Assembly (NCBI GenBank): GCA_018673485.1
Contig: JABHCP010000015.1
Coordinates: forward strand, 25,529-89,528
DNA from: Candidatus Uhrbacteria bacterium
Lineage (GTDB): Bacteria; Patescibacteriota; Patescibacteriia; UBA9934
Direction of reading: 5' to 3'
Length of the DNA: 64,000 nt
The translations under genes and the position numbers were made by a program. This document shows positions 10,656 to 18,906 of this stretch, one piece after another (position 1 is the stretch's first letter; the number at the start of each line of letters is the position of its first letter). The notes below the pieces were generated by a model, which worked only from the letters and a program-made list of their open reading frames with translations, was not told the origin of the DNA and did not search any database.

Positions 10656-11402
10656 ATGCACAAGCCAAAGATAATAGTTATAGTTGGACCAACAGCAAGC
10701 GGGAAGACCTCGCTCTCAATTTCGGTCGCAAAGCAGTTTAATGGTGAGATTATCTCAGCAGACTCACGAGCCATATATCGAGGCATGGGAATTGGAACAG
10801 CGAAGCCGGGGAGGGACAGTATGCAGAATGCAGAAGGCAGTAGGCAGTATCTCGTTGAAGGGATCGTTCATCACGGATTTGATATTGTTAATCCTGATGA
10901 GCATTTTCAAGCATTTGATTTTAAGGAGTTTGCAGAGATGAAGATTGAAGAGATTATATCGAGAGGTAAGTTGCCGATCATTGCTGGAGGGACTGGATTG
11001 TATGTTTCTGGGCTTGTTGATAATTTTGACTTCGATGGTGGTACAGCGGGGGAACCAAAGTTTGATGCTTTGCAGATTGGTATAACTAGAGAGCGCGAAG
11101 TTCTCTACAGTCGTATAAACAAACGAATTGATGAAATGGTTGATGAAGGTTTGGTTGACGAGGTTCGAAAGCTCAATGATGAATATGGCTGCGAGATTAA
11201 ATCAATGACCGGAATCGGCTATCGGCAGATCTGTGAATATTTAAATGGTAAAGTTTCGCTCGATGAAGCAGTTGAAAATCACAAACGCGATTCACGTCAC
11301 TACGCAAAACGCCAAATGACCTGGTTCAAACGCGACAAGCGAATTCATTGGATCGAAAAGCCTGAGGAGGCGATCGAATTGATCGAAAAGTTTCTTAAAT
11401 AA
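10656..11402 (+). CDS. miaA: tRNA dimethylallyltransferase, short form
   Basis: GPTASGKT, SADSR, IGTAKP, GGTGLY, IGYRQ, YAKRQMTWF; central insertion domain absent. Confidence 0.95.
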   Translation: MHKPKIIVIVGPTASGKTSLSISVAKQFNGEIISADSRAIYRGMGIGTAKPGRDSMQNAEGSRQYLVEGIVHHGFDIVNPDEHFQAFDFKEFAEMKIEEIISRGKLPIIAGGTGLYVSGLVDNFDFDGGTAGEPKFDALQIGITREREVLYSRINKRIDEMVDEGLVDEVRKLNDEYGCEIKSMTGIGYRQICEYLNGKVSLDEAVENHKRDSRHYAKRQMTWFKRDKRIHWIEKPEEAIELIEKFLK

Positions 11403-11500
11403 AAAACAGCCCGTCACACATTCCATCCCGAACGCAGTGAGGGATCTTCTAGAAGATATCTCGTGCACTCGATATGGTGGGTGAAGAGGGCTGATTTTTT
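11401..11500. repeat. Family A palindrome nested inside a bidirectional terminator
   Basis: Outer arms AAAAAACAGCCC / GGGCTGATTTTT enclose ccatcccgaacgcagtgagggatct...agatatctcg...tcgatatgg. Confidence 0.7.
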
Positions 11501-11501
11501 A

Positions 11502-11533
11502 TTCTGCGTACTGCGAACTGAGCACTGCGTACT
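11502..11533 (-). repeat. Heptamer tandem repeat, family E (CAGTAxG)
   Basis: Reverse complement agtacg-cagtgct-cagttcg-cagtacg-cagaa; relatives at 10817-10850 and 62423-62494. Confidence 0.6.
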
Positions 11534-11534
11534 A

Positions 11535-13046
11535 TTACTTCAATTTATCTTTCAAAACTTTTGCGCTTGTGGCGGGGTCGGCGTTGCCTTTTGTGATTTT
11601 CATGATTTGTCCGAGGAAGAATTGCATTAGTTTTTGTTCTCCGTTTCGGAATCGTTCAGCCTCGGCTGGGTTCTCTTCGATTACTGTATCGACGATTGAT
11701 AGCAATGCGTCCATGTCGTCCATGCGTGATGCCCCAAGATCCTCTACGACGTGTTCTGGGTCAGCTCCTGAGTCGAGCATCGCACCGAGCACCTCAAGCC
11801 CTTTAGTTCCAGTAACCTTGCCCTCGGCAAGCATTACGATGAATTCAGCAAAGTTTTCAGTAGTTACTTTCATTGTACGAATATCGATCTTTCGTTCAGT
11901 TAAAAGCCCCATGAGCTTGTTGAGCAACCAACTAGAAAATAGCTTATTGAGCTTCTTTCGATGTTCAAGGACATTGTCTTCGTTAACATCTTCACGTGAT
12001 TGCAACCACGACGCAAGCTCACTCATGGCGTTTTCTGTGTAGTCAGCAAGTGCTGGATCATCGATCATCTGCTTAATGTCTTCTTTTTTGAAGCCATACT
12101 CTGTTGCAAAGCGCTTTTTGCGATCCCATGGAAGTTCAGGAATGGTCCGCCTAATCTCCTCAGTCATTTCGGTCAGATCAAGTGGTGGTATATCTGGCTC
12201 GGGGAAGTATCGGTAGTCAGCAAAGCCCTCTTTTATTCGTTGTTCGTAGGTCATCTGCTTCACATCATTCCAACCACGAGTTGTGGTTTGTGATGGTGGA
12301 GTTCCCATTTTCCAAAGTTTAGTTTGACGTTGAATTTCGTGTTCAATAACGCGACCAATTGCTTTAAATGAGTTTACGTTTTTGATTTCAGTTTTAGGAT
12401 GCAGTATGTCGTCAAGCGGCTCGCCGTTATCATCAACCTCGCGCATCGAAATGTTTACGTCGCATCTAAGCTGACCTTTTTCCATATCACCATTGGAAAC
12501 TTGCAGACTTCTTACAAGAAGACGTATCTCTTGGGTGTATGCCTTTGCTTCCTCAGCGCTGTGAATGTCGGGTCGAGTTACGATTTCGCATAGCGGAGTT
12601 CCACCGCGATTAAAGTCGACATATGTTTTTCCGTCATCGCCGTGAATGTTCTTGGCGGCGTCTTCTTCTAAGTGAAGTCTTTCAAGCCGTACAATGCTTG
12701 ATCCTTCTCGCCCTGGTATTTCAATTTCAACCTCACCATTTTCCATGACAGGCAGGTCGAACTGAGAAATCTGATAAGCCTTGGGAAGGTCAGGGTAGAA
12801 ATAGTTTTTGCGATCAAATTTAGATCGTGTTGCAATTGTTCCGCGAAGTGCTAGTCCAACAAGGATGGCCCACCTTACAGCTTGTTCATTTGGCACAGGC
12901 AAAACTCCTGGGTGACCTAGGCAAACCGGACACACGTGCGTGTTTGGTGCTTCATCTTGGCCACGCGCTGAACAAGCACAAAACATCTTTGTGTTTGTTT
13001 TTAATTGTACGTGAGTTTCTAGTCCAATTACTGGTTGTAAGTTCAT
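11535..13046 (-). CDS. gatB: Asp/Glu-tRNA amidotransferase subunit B
   Basis: IGLETHVQL, FDRKNYFYPDLPK, HLEEDA, RCDVNIS, YRYFPEPD. Confidence 0.98.
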   Translation of the reverse strand: MNLQPVIGLETHVQLKTNTKMFCACSARGQDEAPNTHVCPVCLGHPGVLPVPNEQAVRWAILVGLALRGTIATRSKFDRKNYFYPDLPKAYQISQFDLPVMENGEVEIEIPGREGSSIVRLERLHLEEDAAKNIHGDDGKTYVDFNRGGTPLCEIVTRPDIHSAEEAKAYTQEIRLLVRSLQVSNGDMEKGQLRCDVNISMREVDDNGEPLDDILHPKTEIKNVNSFKAIGRVIEHEIQRQTKLWKMGTPPSQTTTRGWNDVKQMTYEQRIKEGFADYRYFPEPDIPPLDLTEMTEEIRRTIPELPWDRKKRFATEYGFKKEDIKQMIDDPALADYTENAMSELASWLQSREDVNEDNVLEHRKKLNKLFSSWLLNKLMGLLTERKIDIRTMKVTTENFAEFIVMLAEGKVTGTKGLEVLGAMLDSGADPEHVVEDLGASRMDDMDALLSIVDTVIEENPAEAERFRNGEQKLMQFFLGQIMKITKGNADPATSAKVLKDKLK

Positions 13047-13080
13047 ACGAGGCGATATTATCACATAGGAGCATCAGCGT

Positions 13081-13794
13081 CTATGATCGTGTTTCTTTGG
13101 CATTTTTGTAAAAAGTAACACCAAAAATTATGAATACTGGAATGAAGAATACATCAATTACGCGAAGCATAATTTGTTCCATTAGAGTTGCTGGATTGCT
13201 TATGAGAGCATCTACGCTTCCCCCGCTTAGCATTAATAGTAGTCCTGCGATGATAAGCATCGCTGCAGCGTATGGTATGAAAATTATTATATTACCCGCA
13301 AAGAGCCTGCCTAGTATCTTCCAGAATCGTCCCTTCACAAGCTCAAAACTCGCCCGTATCGCTTCTTTGATACTTTTCCGCTCTAGTACTAGTATCACCG
13401 ATGAAAAAGTGGCATAGACAGTAAATGCAACACCAGGGACAATCAGCAGTAAGAGTCCTAGTCCCGTGATTATCGAAAGTATTATGCTAAGTAGTAGTAG
13501 GGATACAGACACACCCCACGAATACGAGCTAATTTTACGAGCATCAATTCGTTTATTTGCTTGCACTAGCGCGGTGACTTGGATGATGGATGCCATTACC
13601 CAAATCACCATCAATAGATCAAGCGTCAGAACTACCGTTGTTATAATGTCTGCATAATCTGAGCCAAAGGTTATGGTCAGCAGCACATTGATTATCATCG
13701 GAATTAATAGCCAGGCACTGTAGCCAATAAAAAGACCTACATGGGAACGATATAGTTCCCATGTGGTTTTGACTAATTCAATAATAGATTTCAT
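13081..13794 (-). CDS. Integral membrane protein (GPDPase membrane-domain-like)
   Basis: Multiple TM helices, LLLIVPG and S-x-x-LVKGRFW pattern; paralog of the upstream gene. Confidence 0.75.
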   Translation of the reverse strand: MKSIIELVKTTWELYRSHVGLFIGYSAWLLIPMIINVLLTITFGSDYADIITTVVLTLDLLMVIWVMASIIQVTALVQANKRIDARKISSYSWGVSVSLLLLSIILSIITGLGLLLLIVPGVAFTVYATFSSVILVLERKSIKEAIRASFELVKGRFWKILGRLFAGNIIIFIPYAAAMLIIAGLLLMLSGGSVDALISNPATLMEQIMLRVIDVFFIPVFIIFGVTFYKNAKETRS

Positions 13795-13798
13795 GTTC

Positions 13799-14683
13799 TT
13801 ATTTTGTTTTGAGGAGATTGTCATAGATTATGTAATCAACAATGACAAATATCGGAGTAGATAGCACTAATACGCCGGTTCCCAAAAATAGTGAAAAGAT
13901 TGCGCTGGCCGCTTCCTGAGTTTCGCTTAGCGGGAAGAATGCATACTCGATGCCCAAAATTATCAAAGCGATAATGACATGCAAAAGAGCTACCCCAATG
14001 CCAAATACTATTTTTGATATGAGCAGTCTCCAGAGTGTTGCCCAGAATCGCCCAGTAACTAATTGGTACGATCCCTTCACAGCTGACATCCCTTTCTTTT
14101 CAGCGATCAGTCTTTCAAAGGCTGAGAATCCCAATTTTATCCCAAGTAAGATTAGTAGAACCAGAGCCGCCACAACGCCAATGAGCATGGTTAGGTTGCT
14201 AAATGCCCCCCAAAAGCTTCCGCCGTTGTAATAAATGTTTGTAAAAATTAAGATCATTCCGGGAACAAGTAATAGTAGGGGAAGTGCGGTAAGTACTGAC
14301 TTCAAGATCGCCACCCAAAAGTATGAGAAAAAGTTCGTCCAACCGTATTTGCGCAATGCCTTGAGTGAAGTTGGCTTTTTCTTATCTTGAGATTCGACTG
14401 CTTTAACTAAGTTTATATAAATCCAAATTGTTAAAACAGGTACGGCAATTAATGAAATTAGTACCCCAAGAATTAAGCCGATAACCAGCATTGCATCACC
14501 TTGGCCATTGAATAGAGAGGCGAGTGACATGATTTCACCACTCGGGACAATCAAGATTCGTAGCAAGACGAGTACAGGAATGATGAGTGCCCATAGTGAG
14601 ATTTTCATCAGTGGCTTAAAAAATGCGCTGTAGTGATCCCAGCTTCGGTCAATGATCTGTCCGATTGAAATTAGTTTACCCAT
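13799..14683 (-). CDS. Integral membrane protein, paralog of 13081-13794
   Basis: Multiple TM helices, LLLLVPG and SYQLVTGRFW. Confidence 0.75.
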   Translation of the reverse strand: MGKLISIGQIIDRSWDHYSAFFKPLMKISLWALIIPVLVLLRILIVPSGEIMSLASLFNGQGDAMLVIGLILGVLISLIAVPVLTIWIYINLVKAVESQDKKKPTSLKALRKYGWTNFFSYFWVAILKSVLTALPLLLLVPGMILIFTNIYYNGGSFWGAFSNLTMLIGVVAALVLLILLGIKLGFSAFERLIAEKKGMSAVKGSYQLVTGRFWATLWRLLISKIVFGIGVALLHVIIALIILGIEYAFFPLSETQEAASAIFSLFLGTGVLVLSTPIFVIVDYIIYDNLLKTK

Positions 14684-15401
14684 AGTTTTTGTTTAAAATC
14701 GAAGTTATTATTTTTGTAATATGTTCTTCCATCTGTGCCTTTGGTTGATCGGTGCTAAAGTCATGCACACAGGTTCCGCGGGAAGTGAAGAGTTGTGAGA
14801 ACCATTCTGAGCGGAAGCGTTGATCAACTTTTTTTAGATAGTCGATATTCTCAAACACACCTTTTGAATCATCGTCTCTGGTGTCGAGTCTAGTCTGCAG
14901 TTTTTCAGGATCAATGTGCGTAAGGATCAGGTGGTCAGGTGGGTAGGTGAGCGCTAGGGCGTTTCCTGGTAGCGCTATTAGATCTTCAAGCGATGGTGCT
15001 TCTTTCATAATCGGCTGGTAGACGATCGAGGACGATACTGATCTGTCTTGGATGATGATTTTACCAGCGGCAAGCGCTGGAGCGATAAGACGTACGTATT
15101 GAATGTGTCGATCGAGCGAGAACGCTTGCGCGACAATATCACCGCTAGCACCGGAATAGGAAAGTTCGTGCCGTATCGCTGCACCTACCCAATACTTCGT
15201 TGGTTCAAATGTGAAATAAACGTCGTAGTCTGCAATGTCTTTGAATTTTGGTGGTTTATCATTCTCCCGCGTCCAATCATTCAAATCAAATATTTTCAAC
15301 CCTTTTTCTTCTAGTTTGGCTTTTATAGCGCGAATAAGCGTGGATTTTCCACTACCTGCCACTCCATCGATTACTATAAATTGACCAGTGTCATTGCGCA
15401 T
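14676..15401 (-). CDS. tmk: Thymidylate kinase
   Basis: P-loop DGVAGSGKST, FEP, DR, QDRSVSSSIVYQ. Confidence 0.9.
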   Translation of the reverse strand: MRNDTGQFIVIDGVAGSGKSTLIRAIKAKLEEKGLKIFDLNDWTRENDKPPKFKDIADYDVYFTFEPTKYWVGAAIRHELSYSGASGDIVAQAFSLDRHIQYVRLIAPALAAGKIIIQDRSVSSSIVYQPIMKEAPSLEDLIALPGNALALTYPPDHLILTHIDPEKLQTRLDTRDDDSKGVFENIDYLKKVDQRFRSEWFSQLFTSRGTCVHDFSTDQPKAQMEEHITKIITSILNKNYG

Positions 15402-15460
15402 AAAGTATTTACAGTATAGCAAAACAACGCTCCTTTCAGAACGTTGCTTGTTAATGAAAA

Positions 15461-15892
15461 TTATTGTCCAGTTGTACCGAATCCACCACGATCTTTTGCG
15501 ATCATTTCATCGACCTCCTGGAACTCTGGACGGGTAACAGGAGTGAATAGCCCTTGAGCGACTCGATCTCCTGCTTTTAGCTCGATAGGCTCATCGGTTA
15601 TATTTTTAACGAGCAATGCCAACTCATCATTCGGGCCACAATAATCAGAGTCGATTACGCCAACACTGTTTGCTAAGTCGATCCCTTTTTTAAACGGGTT
15701 GGACGATCGTGAAATGATTAAGAGAGCGTGATCATCCGGGACATTGATTACCAATCCAGTTCTGATTTTTGTTATTGATCGAGCCTCAATCATCGCATCT
15801 TCCACGATCGCAATATCAAAGGCGGCAGCACCAGAAGTTTTGTATTCCGGGATCTGGGCCAATGGATGGTTTCGTTTGAATTCTATTTTCAT
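15461..15892 (-). CDS. dut: Trimeric dUTPase
   Basis: AAFD, SRSS, GVIDSDYCG, RVAQG, RGGFGTTG. Confidence 0.95.
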   Translation of the reverse strand: MKIEFKRNHPLAQIPEYKTSGAAAFDIAIVEDAMIEARSITKIRTGLVINVPDDHALLIISRSSNPFKKGIDLANSVGVIDSDYCGPNDELALLVKNITDEPIELKAGDRVAQGLFTPVTRPEFQEVDEMIAKDRGGFGTTGQ

Positions 15893-15949
15893 ATGAGGCC
15901 ATGTTATCAGAGGGGTTGAGTAGAGTGAAGGGATAAAGGGGATGAATTC

Positions 15950-15977
15950 AAAGCCTGACTTTACAAAGCCAGGCTTT
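15950..15977. repeat. Family C palindrome in the divergent dut/thyA intergenic region
   Basis: aaagcctgactttacaaagccaggcttt. Confidence 0.75.
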
Positions 15978-16056
15978 GTCTCATTTTTTTGCGAACTTAG
16001 ACTAGATGTCCACACCTTGCTCTTGAGCACTTTTCTAGTTCTGTTAAAGTCGGAGT

Positions 16057-16908
16057 ATGACAGAGTTTGATAAAGCTTTTCGAGATGCTATTGCCCAGAT
16101 CATGCTTGAGGGCTATGACATATTTTCTGAGCGCTCCCAGATTGATACTAAAGCGTTTCCAGGAATTACCTATGAGTTAAACCCAAGTAAAGGTTTTCCG
16201 CTTTTAACTCTGCGCAGAATTCCGATTCAGATTTTTGTTTCCGAAGTTGTTTGGATGATCACGGGAGAAAAGGATATATCGTTCATGCAGGAGTTTACGA
16301 AGATTTGGGATGCTTTTGCAGAAGAGGATAATACGATGGCAGCAGCTTATGGCTACAGGTGGCGCCATCATTTTGGTCGCGATCAGTTGTTGGACCTTGT
16401 TGAGCATCTAAAGCGAGAGCCGACTTCTCGGCAAGCAGTAGTTATTATGTGGGATCCAGCAGATGATGGGCTTTTGTCTCCAAAAAAGAAAAATGTACCG
16501 TGTCCTTTTACTTTCAGTGTTAATACCATTGGAAACAAGTTGAACTTTCATCTGGGTGTCAGGTCCAATGATATGATGCTTGGAAACCCGCATGATACTG
16601 CTGGTTTCGCGCTCTTGCAGGCCATGCTTGCGCAAGAGATTGGTATGGAGGTTGGGCGGTATATTGTTTCTATTTCTCATGCACACATCTACGGAAATCA
16701 TTATGAGCAGGCGCACACCATGCTTGAGCGCATGCCACATATGCATGATGAGATTGTGTTACAATTGCCCGAGAGGTCTTTTCAAAGAGCGCTTCAAAGA
16801 GATGTTAGTTTAGTTCATGAAATAACGGATTCTCTAAAGGCTCAGTATAAACCTATGAAGAAATTAAAGAAGATGAATATCATTGTGGGAGAACATAGCA
16901 CTAAGTAA
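16057..16908 (+). CDS. thyA: Thymidylate-synthase-family enzyme with Asp at the Asn177-equivalent site (probable dCMP C5-methylase)
   Basis: FPLLT, E-x-x-W, YGYRWR, DQL, catalytic Cys149 in VPCP, RSND, GNPHD (canonical GLPFN), HIY. Confidence 0.9.
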   Translation: MTEFDKAFRDAIAQIMLEGYDIFSERSQIDTKAFPGITYELNPSKGFPLLTLRRIPIQIFVSEVVWMITGEKDISFMQEFTKIWDAFAEEDNTMAAAYGYRWRHHFGRDQLLDLVEHLKREPTSRQAVVIMWDPADDGLLSPKKKNVPCPFTFSVNTIGNKLNFHLGVRSNDMMLGNPHDTAGFALLQAMLAQEIGMEVGRYIVSISHAHIYGNHYEQAHTMLERMPHMHDEIVLQLPERSFQRALQRDVSLVHEITDSLKAQYKPMKKLKKMNIIVGEHSTK

Positions 16909-16909
16909 T

Positions 16910-17416
16910 ATGAACGTATTATTATTAGCAGCAGTCAGTGCTGACGGTCGGATTGCAAAGTCAGCGGATCATTTGGCTGACTGGACTAGCAAAGAAGACA
17001 AGCGTTTTTTTGTTTCCAAAACAAAAGAGGTTGGTGCTTTGATTATGGGTCGTAAGACTTATGACACAATCGGACGTCCACTTCCAAATCGGCTGAACAT
17101 GATTATGACGCGCGAGGCAGATGCTTCGAAGAATGTTCAAGGTGAGCTTGAGTACACATCTAAATCTCCGCGTGAACTCATCGATGAACTAAAAGAGCGT
17201 GGTTATGATTCTGTGGTAATTGGTGGTGGAACATCTATCTACTCATTGTTTTTGAAAGAAGGGTTGGTGACGGATTTGTATCTTACGGTTGAATCGTTGT
17301 TGTTTGGATCGGGTATTCCATTGGTTGACGGTGTACCTCAGTTGATCCTTGACCTTCAATCAGCGGAGAAGATTGGCGAGCAGTCAGTTTTATTGCATTA
17401 TAAAATGACACAGTAG
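16910..17416 (+). CDS. folA: Dihydrofolate reductase family protein
   Basis: AVSADGRI, W-x-SKED, IMGRKTY, PLPNR, IGG; starts 1 nt after the thyA stop. Confidence 0.9.
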   Translation: MNVLLLAAVSADGRIAKSADHLADWTSKEDKRFFVSKTKEVGALIMGRKTYDTIGRPLPNRLNMIMTREADASKNVQGELEYTSKSPRELIDELKERGYDSVVIGGGTSIYSLFLKEGLVTDLYLTVESLLFGSGIPLVDGVPQLILDLQSAEKIGEQSVLLHYKMTQ

Positions 17417-17515
17417 TGTCATCCCGGCCCCCGAGCCGGGATCTATCGTTTATCGAATTCGATAGTTGATAGATTCCTGCTTTCGACCCGTCTGACGGGT
17501 TTCGCAGGAATGACA
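17417..17515. repeat. Family A long palindrome (TGTCAT...ATGACA; RPE/dRS3-like)
   Basis: tgtcatcccggcccccgagccgggatctatc...gatagattcctgc...gcaggaatgaca. Confidence 0.8.
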
Positions 17516-17529
17516 AGAAATATAATTAT

Positions 17530-18453
17530 ATGAATTTAGAGGCCCCACAAATTGAATATCCATACTTACCAGAAGGTAGAGTTTTGAAATATGTTGCCCA
17601 TGATCATCCGATGATGATTGAGGCTCGTAAGGCTCAAGAGGAATTTAGTGGAGACCCAAGCTATCCGGTCGGGTCTGTATTAGTTAAGGATGGCAAGATT
17701 ATCGCAAGCGCTGGAAATGGTTTTAATCGTGGCAGGCAGGTGCATATTTGTCCACGCCTTGTCTTAGACGTTCCAACAGGAACGCAATATGAATTATGTT
17801 CATTGCATTTAAATCAAGGACATTCTGAGCAGATGTGTGTAGATCAGGCTTGTGAAGCTGGAGCGGATACAGAGGGTGCTGATTTATATATGTACGGACA
17901 TTGGTGGGCGTGTGAGCCGTGTTGGAAGAAGTTGCTTGATGCAGGAATTCGAGATGTGTATGTTACCGATGACGCTCATATTCGATTTGCACGCGATAAA
18001 GTTTATTCAGCATTTTTAACACCTTCATCGAAATCGGTGTATATCGCAGGAACTATTTCAAGTTTACCTCAGAAAGATCGATATGAATATTTACGCTTGT
18101 ACGAACGATTTGATGAGACTGCGCGAGAGATGGGGCTTGAAAGTTTTGTACCACATATTCATTCTGATATTGAAAAGAGTGAGGGTCAGGACGTGAAGAG
18201 TGTTTTTGATGTGGGGGAGGGTGAGATTGCCAAGCGTGATGCATTTGTAGCTGAGGTTACACATCCATCACACGGTGTAGGAATGGAGCTCATGAGTGCA
18301 TATAAACTTGGTAAGTCGATAATATTATTGTCAAAAAAGGGAAGTGACGTCGGGCGATTTGTGAAAAGTATCCCCACCGTGGTTTATCATGCCGAGTACG
18401 AAGATTTTGATGAGGCGTGTAAGTTTTTGAAAAACATTTTGAAACAGCTCTAG
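17530..18453 (+). CDS. Fusion of dCMP deaminase family domain and nucleoside 2-deoxyribosyltransferase/Rcl(DNPH1)-like domain
   Basis: N-term VGSVLV, CPR...YELC, HSE, ACEPC zinc motifs; C-term VYIAG and D-AFVAEVTHPSHGVGMEL. Confidence 0.85.
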   Translation: MNLEAPQIEYPYLPEGRVLKYVAHDHPMMIEARKAQEEFSGDPSYPVGSVLVKDGKIIASAGNGFNRGRQVHICPRLVLDVPTGTQYELCSLHLNQGHSEQMCVDQACEAGADTEGADLYMYGHWWACEPCWKKLLDAGIRDVYVTDDAHIRFARDKVYSAFLTPSSKSVYIAGTISSLPQKDRYEYLRLYERFDETAREMGLESFVPHIHSDIEKSEGQDVKSVFDVGEGEIAKRDAFVAEVTHPSHGVGMELMSAYKLGKSIILLSKKGSDVGRFVKSIPTVVYHAEYEDFDEACKFLKNILKQL

Positions 18454-18455
18454 CT

Positions 18456-18878
18456 ATGAGTGCAGAGCGTCCAATGTATTGTGTTGGAGTGAACGTTTTT
18501 GTGATGCGTGATGGTAAGTTGCTTTTAGGACAACGAAAGCATTGTTCAGGTGAGGGATCGTGGGGTTTACCTGGTGGTCACTTAGAGCATGGTGAATCGA
18601 TGGAAAGTGCGGGTTTGCGTGAACTGATGGAAGAGACGGGGCTTCAGGCAGATTCGTTGACATTTGTGAATATTGTTAATGATCGTAGTAGGGGGCAGCA
18701 TTACATTCAGACAGGATTTTTGGCGAACAATATTTCTGGGGAGGTTGGTGTTATGGAGCCAGATCGGTGTGAATGTTGGGAGTGGTTTGATGTTGATTTA
18801 TTACCTAAGAATCTTTTTCACGGACATGAAGCTCAGATAGAAATATTTAGACAGGATAAAATATTTAGAGATAATTAA
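18456..18878 (+). CDS. Nudix hydrolase (NUDT15-like)
   Basis: VGVNVFV, Nudix box GGHLEHGESMESAGLRELMEETGL, EPDRCECWEWF. Confidence 0.92.
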   Translation: MSAERPMYCVGVNVFVMRDGKLLLGQRKHCSGEGSWGLPGGHLEHGESMESAGLRELMEETGLQADSLTFVNIVNDRSRGQHYIQTGFLANNISGEVGVMEPDRCECWEWFDVDLLPKNLFHGHEAQIEIFRQDKIFRDN

Positions 18879-18906
18879 AACACAGCTCTAATCAAGCTGT
18901 TTTTTT
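18877..18906. terminator. Probable bidirectional terminator
   Basis: aaaacACAGCT-ctaatca-AGCTGT-T6. Confidence 0.7.

Noticed and set aside
14676-18878. Phage DNA-modification module as origin of the nucleotide cluster
   Set aside because: Composition and SD-less starts match host core genes and the flanks are housekeeping; no phage polymerase or structural genes
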